A stretch of 49,044 nt of DNA from Donghicola sp. (GTDB taxonomy: Bacteria; Pseudomonadota; Alphaproteobacteria; Rhodobacterales; Rhodobacteraceae): positions 1 to 49,044 of the forward strand of contig CAXQKF010000339.1 in assembly GCA_964224285.1 (NCBI GenBank), written 5' to 3'. The stretch's first letter is position 1, and each line of letters opens with the position of its first letter. This document shows positions 1 to 8,590 of the stretch, in pieces. The notes below the pieces were generated by a model. It made no database searches, was not told where the DNA came from, and was given only the letters and a program-made list of their open reading frames with translations. A program made the position numbers and the translations under genes.

Positions 1-372
1 GGCCTCTGTGATCGCGGCGCGGTCGACAGGTGTGGGTCGACCCAGCGCCCCGTGCCATGGATAGCGCCCCAAGGCGACCAGTTCCGCCACCGTCATCCCG
101 TCAGTTGGCGCGGGTTTTTGGGGCAGATACGCCAGCTGTCGGGCAAAGGCGCGGGGCTTCATCACCTCTAGCGGCTGACCGTCGAACCGGATCATTCCGC
201 CCGTGGGGCGCTGTTGGCGGGCCAGTAGCTTGAGCAGGGTGGATTTCCCCGACCCGTTGTGCCCGATCAGCGCGGTGATCTGCCCCGCGGGCAGGCTCAG
301 GTCCAGCCCGTGCAGCAGGGTCCGCCCCCCAGCCGCAAATCGCAGGTTTTCCAACGTGAACAAAGGGGTCAT
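1..372 (-). CDS. fhuC: Fe3+-hydroxamate ABC transporter ATP-binding protein (3' end runs off the window; absent from the ORF track)
   Basis: Hand translation from ATG at 372: MTPLFTLENLRFAAGGRTLLHGLDLSLPAGQITALIGHNGSGKSTLLK...LAYLPQ...LVALGRYPWHG. Walker A GHNGSGKST; ATGA overlap with the fhuB stop. Confidence 0.92.
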   Translation of the reverse strand, partial: MTPLFTLENLRFAAGGRTLLHGLDLSLPAGQITALIGHNGSGKSTLLKLLARQQRPTGGMIRFDGQPLEVMKPRAFARQLAYLPQKPAPTDGMTVAELVALGRYPWHGALGRPTPVDRAAITEA

Positions 373-2321
373 GCCGGTCTCCTCAGCATCAGCCAGACCA
401 GCCACGGCGCGCCGATGAGCGCGGCAAACAGGCCCGGCGGCAGGTCATAGGGAAAGGTGGCCATGCGCGCGCCAAAGTCTGCCACCACCATGATCAGCGC
501 CCCGATCAAGACGGAGGCCGACAGATGCACCCGCGCCTTGGCAAAACCGCAGCGATGGGCTAGATGGGGGGCCATCAGCCCGACAAAGCTTAACGGTCCG
601 GCAAGGATCGTCGCCGCCCCTGTCGCCAGCCCCGCCAGTAGCACGAGGCCCCCCCACGCAACGCGCAGGTCCAGCCCCAGCGCCCGTGCGGTTTGCGGCC
701 CCAAGGGCAGGATCGACAGCCATCGCCCCGCCAGCAGCCCCGCGGCCCACATGGCCAGCAGCAGGGCGACCAGTAGCGCGGCTCCGGTTAGGGTCAGGCT
801 GGCGGAGGCTCCGCTGAGCCACGCCAGCACCAAGAAGGACTTCATCGTCCCGCCCGCCATCAGCGCCGACAAGATCGCTGCGGCAAAGGCCGACACCGAA
901 ATTCCCGCCAGCAGCACCCGCCCGGGCCGCATGTCGCGGGCCAAGGCATAGGCCGCGATGATGGTCAGGGCGACAGCGCCGCCCACGGCGGCTCCGGCCT
1001 GCATCATCCACGCGGCGGGGGCGGCCATGGCGAACATCACCCCCGCATATCCGATCGCAGCCCCGCCAGAGACCCCAAGCACTTCGGGCGCGGCAAGGGG
1101 ATTGGCGGTCAGCCGTTGCAGGATCGCGCCGGACATGGCCAAGAGGCCCCCCGCCGCCGCTGCCCCGATCAGGCGGGGGGCGCGGTTGGGCAGGAACGCT
1201 GCTGTGTCCTGCCATGACAGCCACCACCACCCGTCAGGGCTGCGTCCCAGCATCAGGGCGACCAGAACGGCTAGTGCCAGTGCGGCGGCGATACCCGCCA
1301 GAACGTGGGCAGGCAGGGTCAGGCGGAAGGGCGGGTTGGATGGCTCGGCCACGGGAGCGCTGCGCAAACGTGGCAGCAGGAACAAGATCAGCGGCCCGCC
1401 AATCAGGCCGGTGATTGCGCCAGTGGGAAACATCTCGGCCCCATGGCCAGCGGCCAGCATGACCGTGTTGTCGATCAGCGACAGGATCAGCGCGCCCGCT
1501 ACAGGGGACAGCCACAGGATCTGGCCGGTGGTTCTCGCACCCAATGCGCGGGCCACGGCGGGGGCGGCCAGCCCGATGAACGACACAAGGCCCACCGCCG
1601 CCGCAACCGCCGCCGCGACAGCGGCGGCCACCAGAACCGCCAGCGCCCGGATCAGGCCCACAGGCAGCCCAAGGCCCAAGGACGCTTCGGCCCCCAGTCC
1701 CAGCACCGCCAAGGGCCGCGCCATCAGGGCGCTGGCCACGCCTGCCACGATAAGCACCGCGGTCAGGGACAGCGCGGGCGTCCAGTCGGTCTGTACCAGC
1801 GACCCGCCAGACCAAACGACCAGCGAGAACAGATATTCCCCTTGGGACAAGGTCAGGGCGGTCGCCAAGCCGCTGGCGAAGAGGCTGACGAGCATGCCGG
1901 TGATGACGACGGTGACCGGATGGAACTGCCGCGCCGCGCCGACGCCCATGACCACCGCGCAGGCCACTCCGGCGCCTATCAAGGCCACGGGCCAGCGGCC
2001 GAACGCCAGCATTTCGGGCGCGAAAACGGCTGTCCCGATGAGGGCCAGTTGCGCCCCCGACGACAGGCCCAAGGTCGAGGGATCAGCAATCGGGTTGCGC
2101 AGAACTGTTTGCAGCAGTGCCCCCGACAGCCCCAGCAAAGCCCCCGCCAGCAGGGCGATCACGGCGCGGGGCATGGCCCCGAAGAACAGCAGGATTTGCG
2201 GGATGTCCATTTGCGTGGCGGACCACAGACCCACAGCAAAGGGTTGCGCGGCCAGCACCCACAGGGCGGCGGACAGGACCGCCGCTAGGGCGACGCCAGA
2301 TGAAACACGGCTGAAAATCAT
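369..2321 (-). CDS. fhuB: Fe3+-hydroxamate ABC transporter permease (fused double FecCD domain)
   Basis: 650 aa, very hydrophobic, two repeats (LQTVLRNPIADPSTLG / LQRLTANPLAAPEVLG; SFIGLAAP / SFVGLMAP); lies between fhuD and fhuC. Confidence 0.93.
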   Translation of the reverse strand: MIFSRVSSGVALAAVLSAALWVLAAQPFAVGLWSATQMDIPQILLFFGAMPRAVIALLAGALLGLSGALLQTVLRNPIADPSTLGLSSGAQLALIGTAVFAPEMLAFGRWPVALIGAGVACAVVMGVGAARQFHPVTVVITGMLVSLFASGLATALTLSQGEYLFSLVVWSGGSLVQTDWTPALSLTAVLIVAGVASALMARPLAVLGLGAEASLGLGLPVGLIRALAVLVAAAVAAAVAAAVGLVSFIGLAAPAVARALGARTTGQILWLSPVAGALILSLIDNTVMLAAGHGAEMFPTGAITGLIGGPLILFLLPRLRSAPVAEPSNPPFRLTLPAHVLAGIAAALALAVLVALMLGRSPDGWWWLSWQDTAAFLPNRAPRLIGAAAAGGLLAMSGAILQRLTANPLAAPEVLGVSGGAAIGYAGVMFAMAAPAAWMMQAGAAVGGAVALTIIAAYALARDMRPGRVLLAGISVSAFAAAILSALMAGGTMKSFLVLAWLSGASASLTLTGAALLVALLLAMWAAGLLAGRWLSILPLGPQTARALGLDLRVAWGGLVLLAGLATGAATILAGPLSFVGLMAPHLAHRCGFAKARVHLSASVLIGALIMVVADFGARMATFPYDLPPGLFAALIGAPWLVWLMLRRPA

Positions 2322-3208
2322 GCGGCACCGCCTGTTAGAGCTTGTGCGGCTAGTTCAGCGAACCGCAGGCCGGATGGCACTCCGCCAAAGGGGTTCACCG
2401 CAGCCAGATGATGCACACGCCCATCGCGCATAGGCTCCAGCCGGTTCCACAGGGCGGACCGCTCTAGCCCCCGCCGCGCCAAGGGGGGGACGCCGCCAAC
2501 GGTCAGAATGCGGGCCTCGGGGCGGGCGGCCAGAGCTTCTAGAGGGACGGGCGCGGCAAAGGAAAACCGGGTGCCGCGATCCCACGCGTTCTCGAGCCCC
2601 AAGCGGGTCAGGACATCGCCGAACATGCTGTCAGCGCCAAAGGCGCGGAAATGGCGGGGGTCGCCGATTTGGATCACATAGACGGGGCGGTCCGCCATGG
2701 GGCGCAGGGCCTGAGTGATCTGTGCCAGTCGCGCCTCTGCATCGGATTTCACTGTGCGGGCGCGCTCGGCGGCGTCAACGGCTTGGCCCAGAACATCCAT
2801 ACCGGACAGGGCCTTGGGCCACGGTCCCTCGCCCGTGACGTAGAAGCTGTGGGACAGGACGGGGGCGATCTTCTCCAGCCGCGGCTGGATGTAGGTGTAG
2901 TAATTCGAGGACAGGATCAGGTCAGGCCGCGTCAGGGCCAAAAGCTCGAAATTGGGCGATCCGCGCAGCCCAAGATCGGTGGTGCCCGCAGGCAAAGGAG
3001 GCAGCCCTGCATCACCTGCATAGCGCATCAATTCGCACGCCGCGACGGGGGGGCAGCCCAAGGCAACCGCCGTTTCCAGCATTGCCCAATCGACAGCGGC
3101 CAGCCGCATCCCCACGCGGCCGGCCGATGCCTTGCCCCCCACCGCAGCGAGGGACAGCGCCGCCCCGATAAAGGCGCGGCGCGAGGGTATGAAGGGTGTG
3201 TTTACCAC
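2318..3208 (-). CDS. fhuD: Iron-siderophore ABC substrate-binding protein, Tat-type signal
   Basis: SRRAFI twin-arginine signal; DLGLRGSPNFELLALTRPDLIL motif typical of FhuD; operon context. Confidence 0.88.
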   Translation of the reverse strand: MVNTPFIPSRRAFIGAALSLAAVGGKASAGRVGMRLAAVDWAMLETAVALGCPPVAACELMRYAGDAGLPPLPAGTTDLGLRGSPNFELLALTRPDLILSSNYYTYIQPRLEKIAPVLSHSFYVTGEGPWPKALSGMDVLGQAVDAAERARTVKSDAEARLAQITQALRPMADRPVYVIQIGDPRHFRAFGADSMFGDVLTRLGLENAWDRGTRFSFAAPVPLEALAARPEARILTVGGVPPLARRGLERSALWNRLEPMRDGRVHHLAAVNPFGGVPSGLRFAELAAQALTGGAA

Positions 3209-5313
3209 TTGTAGGTCAGGCGGGCCTGAACGGTACGGCCATCGCCATAGTAGCAGCCAAAGGAACCGCAGTTGGCCACGTAGGCTTCGTCGGTCAGGTT
3301 GGTCACGTTCAGCGACACATGGGCGTTGTCAGTGATCTCGTAGGCCGCTTGCACGTCATAGAGGGTCACTGCATCCAGCGCATAGGCGTTCGCCGCATCA
3401 CCATAACGTTCCCCCAGATAACGGGCACCGCCGCCAAGGGTCAGGCCATCGAACGTGCCGCCGTCAAAGGCGTAGTTCACCCAAAGGCTGCTGTTGTGCA
3501 TCGGGGCGTTGGGCAGCTCTTTGCCTGCGTTGTCGCCTGCGGTCTGGGTGGCATCGTTCCACGCATAGGCCGCACGGATGTTCCAGCCATCGGCCAGATC
3601 GACGGACCCTTCCAGCTCGACCCCTTTGGAGAACGCCTCGCCGATCTGGGTCAGGCCGCTGACGCCGTTGCGGGTGGTGCTGGCGGTCAGGTTGTACTGC
3701 TGGATTTCATAGTACGACGCCTGGAAGAACCCGTTGAAGCCCTCGGGCTGGTATTTGACGCCGGTTTCCCACATCTCGCCGCGGGTGACGTCCAGTTTCT
3801 TGCCGTCGATGTCGGTGCCGATCACCGGATCGAACGAGGTCGAGAAGCTGGCAAACGCCGCCACGCCGTTCGGCATCACATAGGTCACGCCCGCGCGGCC
3901 CGTGGTGGCTTCGTTTTCCTGCGAGGCGTCAGAGGTGCCGCCAAAGTTGTTCCAGGTGGTGCCGGACTGCTCGGCTTTGTCATGACGTAGGGCCAGCGAC
4001 ATGCGCCAGTTGTCCCATGCCATTTCGTCTTGGGCGTAGATGCCCTGCTGGGTCAGTTCCAGATCCTTGGTCGCGATGTACCAAGGCGCGGTCAGGTTGG
4101 CACCGTTGTAGCTGGGGTTCTCGAAATCAATGGCGTCGGCGCTCATGAATTCGGTGCGTTCGTCCAGCGAGTAGGTCCGGTGATCCAGACCGAACAGAAG
4201 GTCGTGGCTGATCGCGCCGGTCTGGACGTTGCCACGCAGGCGCAGATCAAGGTTGTTGGTTTCGCTTTGCTCGGACTGGTTGATGCCGCCGCGGGCGATG
4301 CTGTCGGTGCTGGCCGCGCTGTTGGCCACGTAGAAACCGGTGTAGTCCCAGTCGAACTTCTGCTGGCGATAGGACAGGTCCACGCTCCAGCCGTTGTCGA
4401 ATTCGTGGGTCGCCTCAAGGCCAAGGTTCTGGGTGGTGCGGTCACTGTCGTGGTCCGAGGGATCACCAACGTAGAAGTCGCGCAGCTCTTCGTCCGATTT
4501 CACACCGACGAGGCCAAAGGGCACACCGGCGGGGGTGATGGGCGAGTCCTTCTGGTAGGAGCCGAGGAACTGGATGTCGGTGCTGTCGGTGGGGGTCCAA
4601 CGGGTGGCAAGGCCCAGATATTTGCGCTCGTTGGTCAGGTCTTCGATGTCTTCTTCGCTGTTGCGGGTGACTGCAGTGACACGCGCGGCAAAGGTGTCAG
4701 AGAACACATGGTTGGCGTCCACAAAGCCTTCGGTCGCCTTGGGGTCGCCAAGGCCGACACCGACTTCGCCGAATTCCTGCAGGTGGGCGCGTTTCTGCAC
4801 CTGGTTGATCACACCACCGGGGATGCCCGCGCCATACAGGACCGAGGCGGGCCCTTTCAGCACTTCGATCCGCTCCAGCGAGTAGATTTCAAAGCTGGGA
4901 GCCCCTTGTTCGCGCAGGATACGCAGGCCGTTCAGGTACTGGCCGTTGCTGGCGTTAAAGCCGCGAAGGGTGGGGCTGTCGAAACGCGGGTCGGTGCCAA
5001 AGGGCTGCGCGGTCACGCCCGAAGTATAGCCAAGGGTATCGCCAAGGGTGGTCGCGCCCTGATCCTCGATCTGTTCACCGGTGACAACGGACACCGACTG
5101 CGGGGTCTCCAGCAGCGGGGCCGAGGTCTTGGTCGCGGTCAGAGCAAAGTCGGCCACGTATCCGGCCACGGGGTCGGTCGGATCGGGGGCGCCTTTCAGA
5201 TAGATCGGGTCCAGCTCGATCAGGTCGGCGGTGGATTGCGCCATCAGCGCAGCGGGGGCAAGGGCCATGCTGGCGCTGGCCAACAGGGCAAAACGAAGAG
5301 AGGTCATGGTCAT
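3202..5313 (-). CDS. TonB-dependent siderophore receptor (FhuA/FoxA-like)
   Basis: Signal peptide; plug motifs TATKTSAPLLETPQSVSVV and LERIEVLKGPASVLYG; C-terminal CYYGDGRTVQARLTYKW ending in an aromatic residue. Confidence 0.95.
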   Translation of the reverse strand: MTMTSLRFALLASASMALAPAALMAQSTADLIELDPIYLKGAPDPTDPVAGYVADFALTATKTSAPLLETPQSVSVVTGEQIEDQGATTLGDTLGYTSGVTAQPFGTDPRFDSPTLRGFNASNGQYLNGLRILREQGAPSFEIYSLERIEVLKGPASVLYGAGIPGGVINQVQKRAHLQEFGEVGVGLGDPKATEGFVDANHVFSDTFAARVTAVTRNSEEDIEDLTNERKYLGLATRWTPTDSTDIQFLGSYQKDSPITPAGVPFGLVGVKSDEELRDFYVGDPSDHDSDRTTQNLGLEATHEFDNGWSVDLSYRQQKFDWDYTGFYVANSAASTDSIARGGINQSEQSETNNLDLRLRGNVQTGAISHDLLFGLDHRTYSLDERTEFMSADAIDFENPSYNGANLTAPWYIATKDLELTQQGIYAQDEMAWDNWRMSLALRHDKAEQSGTTWNNFGGTSDASQENEATTGRAGVTYVMPNGVAAFASFSTSFDPVIGTDIDGKKLDVTRGEMWETGVKYQPEGFNGFFQASYYEIQQYNLTASTTRNGVSGLTQIGEAFSKGVELEGSVDLADGWNIRAAYAWNDATQTAGDNAGKELPNAPMHNSSLWVNYAFDGGTFDGLTLGGGARYLGERYGDAANAYALDAVTLYDVQAAYEITDNAHVSLNVTNLTDEAYVANCGSFGCYYGDGRTVQARLTYKW

Positions 5314-5330
5314 TTCCGTGAGCTTTTGAA

Positions 5331-5357
5331 AATTTCCGATTGTTTAAGTCGGAAATT
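5331..5357. promoter_or_regulatory. Inverted repeat, putative IscR/Iron-Rhodo-type operator upstream of the receptor
   Basis: AATTTCCGA-N9-TCGGAAATT with perfect 9-bp arms; minus strand CCGACTTAAACAATCGG resembles the YYGACT-N5-AGTCRR IscR type-1 motif; 17 bp from the receptor start. Confidence 0.6.
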
Positions 5358-6255
5358 GTGAGACCGCTTGAACGGAACCCACGTGGTTTGAAGAATTCTG
5401 CGCAAAAGCGTCCCGCCGCCATGCGGCAGGGGTCTGGCCGAACGCGCGGCCAAAGTTACGCGTCAGGTGGGCCTGATCTGAGAAACCGGTGGCTGCGGCG
5501 ATCTCGGCCAGTTGGAGCGAGGGGTCCGCCATCAGACGGCGGGCCTCGGTCAGGCGCAGGTGGGTGATCCAGCGCTGGGGGGTGGTGTTCTGGCTGCGGG
5601 CAAAGGCGCGGGTGAACCAACCTTCGGACAGGCCCGCGATATGGGCCAGATCGGCCACGGTGATGCGGCTGTCCATGTGGGCCAACACGTGTTCGGTCAG
5701 GGCGCGCAGGGTGCGCGGGGGCAGGCCGCCCCTGTCCGGTTCGGGGGCGGGATCGGCAGACAGATCCAGCACCTCGGCCAGCAGAGATGTCAGTAGACCG
5801 TCCAGCATCATCTCGGGGCGGGCGGGGGTTGTGACCTCTTCGGCCATGATCTGTGCTACGGCCTGAACGCGGGGATTGGCCCCCAGCATGATCGGAGTGT
5901 CAGGCAGGCGGGACAGGCGCTGCGCCAGCGGTCCGGCCTGCAAATGCAGGTCCAGATGGGCGTATTCGGCGTCGGCGGTCAGGTCGCTCCAGAGCGGCGC
6001 GTTGGGCGGCACGTAAAAGGTACTGACCCCCTGTTGCCATCCGGTGCGGGTGTCCGTGCGCAGGCCGAAACCGGCAGGTGCCCCGTCCAGAAACACCACC
6101 AACCGCGGGTCCGGAGAGCTATAGAACCCCCCGCCGCCCGACTGACCGGCCACATGCCAGACATCGGCCACCACACCGCCCCAGCGCCGCCAATGCAGCG
6201 GGCGCAGAGTGCGCATGGCGCGGGTCTGTGCTGTCATTCTGGGGGTGAAACTCAT
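5344..6255 (-). CDS. AraC-family transcriptional regulator of siderophore uptake
   Basis: C-terminal AraC HTH (ITVADLAHIAGLSEGWFTRAF...LAEIAAATGFSDQAHLTRNF). Likely start ATG 6255 (MSFTPRM); the ORF track extends it to 6321. Confidence 0.9.
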   Translation of the reverse strand: MSFTPRMTAQTRAMRTLRPLHWRRWGGVVADVWHVAGQSGGGGFYSSPDPRLVVFLDGAPAGFGLRTDTRTGWQQGVSTFYVPPNAPLWSDLTADAEYAHLDLHLQAGPLAQRLSRLPDTPIMLGANPRVQAVAQIMAEEVTTPARPEMMLDGLLTSLLAEVLDLSADPAPEPDRGGLPPRTLRALTEHVLAHMDSRITVADLAHIAGLSEGWFTRAFARSQNTTPQRWITHLRLTEARRLMADPSLQLAEIAAATGFSDQAHLTRNFGRAFGQTPAAWRRDAFAQNSSNHVGSVQAVSQFPT

Positions 6256-6427
6256 CGGGTTACTCGGCACAACATGGCGGTTTTCATCGGTCAGAGCAGT
6301 CCCCGTCCCGTGCGGACGCACACGGGGCCTGACCCATCAAGGCTGAGGGAAGTCATGCAATGGCAAACGTTCAAGAATGCGGGAATCAGGCGGCACGGCG
6401 ACTGCTCTCTTGCACCGCTATCTATAA

Positions 6428-6446
6428 CCTGACAATAATAGTCAAG
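6428..6446. promoter_or_regulatory. Iron-Rhodo/IRO-like box (TGA-N9-TCA) in the divergent araC/SIP promoter
   Basis: CCTGACAATAATAGTCAAG = CTGAC-N7-GTCA, matching the Rrf2-family (IscR/RirA) iron-box pattern; sits between iron-uptake genes. Confidence 0.7.
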
Positions 6447-6516
6447 ATATAAACGACTCGTCATCTGCGCCTGCCGTTCCGATCGCGGACACAGACAAAA
6501 CCCCGAAGGAAAGCCC

Positions 6517-7545
6517 ATGTCGAACCTCGCCATTGCCTTTCACGCTGGCCCCGTGCCGGTCGATCTGTTTGATGGCCTGCGAGCCTATGCCGAACGCTTC
6601 GGTCTGGAGTGGCGCCACGACGAACTGGGGTTCCATCTGATTTCGACGCGGGGGCAGACCGCCTTTTGCCTGGAGCCGCAGGGGATGACCGTGATGGTCA
6701 CGGGGCTGGACCCCGCCGCGCAGCATCAGCTGTGCGAAGGGGCGGTCTTTGTACTGGACCAGTTGTGTCCCGCGATTTCGGCCCAGATCGAGTGGTCGGG
6801 CTTTGCCCCCGAGGGCAACCTGCCCCCGTCAATGCATCTGGCACGGTTGCGGGATGTGAGCCGGATCGGGCCAAACACACTGCGGGTTGAACTGGACTGC
6901 CCCGAGACGGGCCAGATGATGGAGGGTGGGATGCACTTTTCCCTGATCCTCCCGCCCAAGGGGCGCCCGCCGGTTTGGCCAGCGTTGAATGCGCGGGGGC
7001 GGACGGTCTGGCCGGATGGCGCACACACCCTGCATCGGGCGGTGTTTACCTTTGTCGGGCGCGATCTGGCCCGTAATCGAGTGACCTTCGACATGTTCGC
7101 CCACGAAGGCAGTCCGGCCACCGATTGGGCATTGGGAACGCCGAATGGTGCCCAAGTCTTGCTGTCCGGCCCCGGAGGCGGCGAGGTTCCGACGGCGGAC
7201 CGTTTGATCCTGGCCGGAGACGAGACGGCGCTGCCCGCCATCCGAGCGATCCTTGAGGCGCGGGCGGGTCAGGCCTCGGGTCATGTTCTGATCGAAGTTG
7301 GCGACCTTGGCGATCAATTGCTAGGGTCGATCCCCGACGGGTTCACGCTGACCGTGTTGCATCGCCAGACGGGCGCCAATCTGACCGAGGGGTTGGCCCA
7401 CCTGGTTGATCAAGTTGGGCCCGATGACTTTCTGTGGCTAGCCGCCGAGGCCGATGCCGTGCGCGCCACTCGGGAACTCTATGTCGCTCAGCGCGGCCAT
7501 AACCGCAAGAATACCTATTTGGCGTCCTACTGGTCTCGCCGCTAG
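6517..7545 (+). CDS. Siderophore-interacting protein (ViuB/SIP, FAD-binding) with ~95 aa N-terminal extension
   Basis: HRAVFT, ATDWA, GPGGG, LAGDETALPAIRAILE, WLAAEA and C-terminal SYW motifs; GAAGGA RBS. Confidence 0.9.
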   Translation: MSNLAIAFHAGPVPVDLFDGLRAYAERFGLEWRHDELGFHLISTRGQTAFCLEPQGMTVMVTGLDPAAQHQLCEGAVFVLDQLCPAISAQIEWSGFAPEGNLPPSMHLARLRDVSRIGPNTLRVELDCPETGQMMEGGMHFSLILPPKGRPPVWPALNARGRTVWPDGAHTLHRAVFTFVGRDLARNRVTFDMFAHEGSPATDWALGTPNGAQVLLSGPGGGEVPTADRLILAGDETALPAIRAILEARAGQASGHVLIEVGDLGDQLLGSIPDGFTLTVLHRQTGANLTEGLAHLVDQVGPDDFLWLAAEADAVRATRELYVAQRGHNRKNTYLASYWSRR

Positions 7546-7619
7546 GCGGCTTAGTCGTGGGGGATCGCTCTATACGGATAGCAGCGGCGGTCCGGTCATT
7601 GAGCATGCTTTGGGAAATG

Positions 7620-7702
7620 AAAAAGGCGACACACAAGGGAGGAGGAGATGTGTGCCGCCTGAATTTTCCAGATGTTGTCAGGGAGGAGGAGAGACAACAT
7701 CC
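7620..7702 (-). ncRNA. Cuckoo-family (CcsR/alpha-r14-like) small RNA, two CCUCCUCCC hairpins
   Basis: Minus strand: stem GAUGUUGUC/GACAACAUC (7701-7693 / 7679-7671) with loop UCUCCUCCUCCCU; second stem (7660-7649 / 7635-7624) with the same loop, followed by a U-run (A-run 7620-7624 on plus). Confidence 0.85.
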
Positions 7703-7710
7703 ATGCGCTC

Positions 7711-7776
7711 AATATGCATCGGCGTTAGCGCTGCAACAACTGACAATGCCGCAGTGCGGCTATGCAGTGGGTGCAT
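7711..7776 (-). promoter_or_regulatory. Putative sRNA promoter with upstream LysR-type box
   Basis: Minus-strand CATATT (-10; 7716-7711) and TTGTTG (-35; 7739-7734) with a 17-bp spacer; palindrome ATGCA-GTGGG-TGCAT (7762-7776, T-N11-A) about 65 bp upstream of the RNA. Confidence 0.55.
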
Positions 7777-8057
7777 GAGTGAGAGGGCTAAGTCGCGTTT
7801 CAGGGGGCTTTGGCTGTTGCTGAGAGTGACAGGGCCTGCATCGTATTCCTAGGCCGAACAATAGCGGAAACTTCGTAGATCCAGACGTCATCTGCGTGGC
7901 CATAGGGCAGGGGCCCCTGAACCCTTGTTTCATGCAAGGCATGGAGAACGTGTTTGTCGATGACTGCCGCGCGAAAATAGTGGTCTGGCGGAACGATCAA
8001 ACATGTCAGTCATACCAACAGACCTTCTGAAACCACATTGCAGCCCATAAAAACCAA

Positions 8058-8096
8058 GAGAGCGGCCTGACATCTATGATGTCTGTGGCCGCTCTC
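8058..8096 (-). terminator. Strong hairpin, probable intrinsic terminator on the minus strand
   Basis: GAGAGCGGCC...GGCCGCTCTC 10-bp arms plus inner GACATC-TAT-GATGTC; followed by TTGGTTTTT on minus; downstream of the 8168-8590 gene. Confidence 0.5.
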
Positions 8097-8107
8097 GATC
8101 ATTTGTC

Positions 8108-8130
8108 TTACATGATTCCCGATTATAGCG
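8108..8130. other. Possible tyrosine-recombinase (dif/att-like) core site
   Basis: Minus strand CGCTATAA-TCGGGAA-TCATGTAA: ATAA-N7-TCAT with a XerD-like TYATGTAA arm; at the edge of an AT-rich segment. Confidence 0.3.
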
Positions 8131-8167
8131 AGGCAAATGCCTTCAATTGAAAGCTATTACTAGAATC

Positions 8168-8590
8168 CTACCTTACGGCACTGATTGCGAAAATGGATGC
8201 AAGAGGTGCGAAAAGAAGGAGCATTGATGTAATAGCTTTTATATCAATCGCAGATTTAACCCATGCATTCTCTATCGAAATGATATGACTCAGGGCTTCC
8301 AGCGCGACGCTCCCGCCGGTGATCAGTACTGAAAAGACCACCTGCAAGAAGACCGTGAAGAATGCCAGAATCGACACCAACCCCGTCAAAAGGAAAGGAT
8401 AAGTCAGATCTTCGCCGTTTTCGCCAAGGTAAATCACAGCAATCAGAGCGACGGCTCCGATCAGGGCTGCGTATAGAATGCTCGACGTCGTTTCTGCTTC
8501 ACCAATTCCGCTTGAGATACCAAAAAAATACAGAAGAAACGCCAAAGCGTAAGCAATAGTTGCAATTACACTTAAGGATGTTCGTATCAT
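8168..8590 (-). CDS. Hypothetical integral membrane protein (about 4 TM), AT-rich
   Basis: 140-aa open frame in visibly AT-rich DNA with four hydrophobic segments and AAGAG upstream; no recognisable motif. Confidence 0.65.
   Translation of the reverse strand: MIRTSLSVIATIAYALAFLLYFFGISSGIGEAETTSSILYAALIGAVALIAVIYLGENGEDLTYPFLLTGLVSILAFFTVFLQVVFSVLITGGSVALEALSHIISIENAWVKSAIDIKAITSMLLLFAPLASIFAISAVR

Noticed and set aside
958-2433. Long antisense ORFs (also 4030-5361, 9623-10705, 13645-14685, 19103-20584, 23360-24445, 29503-30585, 34833-35924, 45298-46320)
   Set aside because: They lie opposite well-supported genes, have no motifs, and are the expected shadow frames of GC-rich codon usage.
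7557-8000. Short ORFs 7557-7778, 7760-7942 and 7800-8000, including a possible DUF1127 gene
   Set aside because: No DUF1127 motif (LxDIG) or convincing RBS; 7620-7776 is better explained by the sRNA and its promoter.
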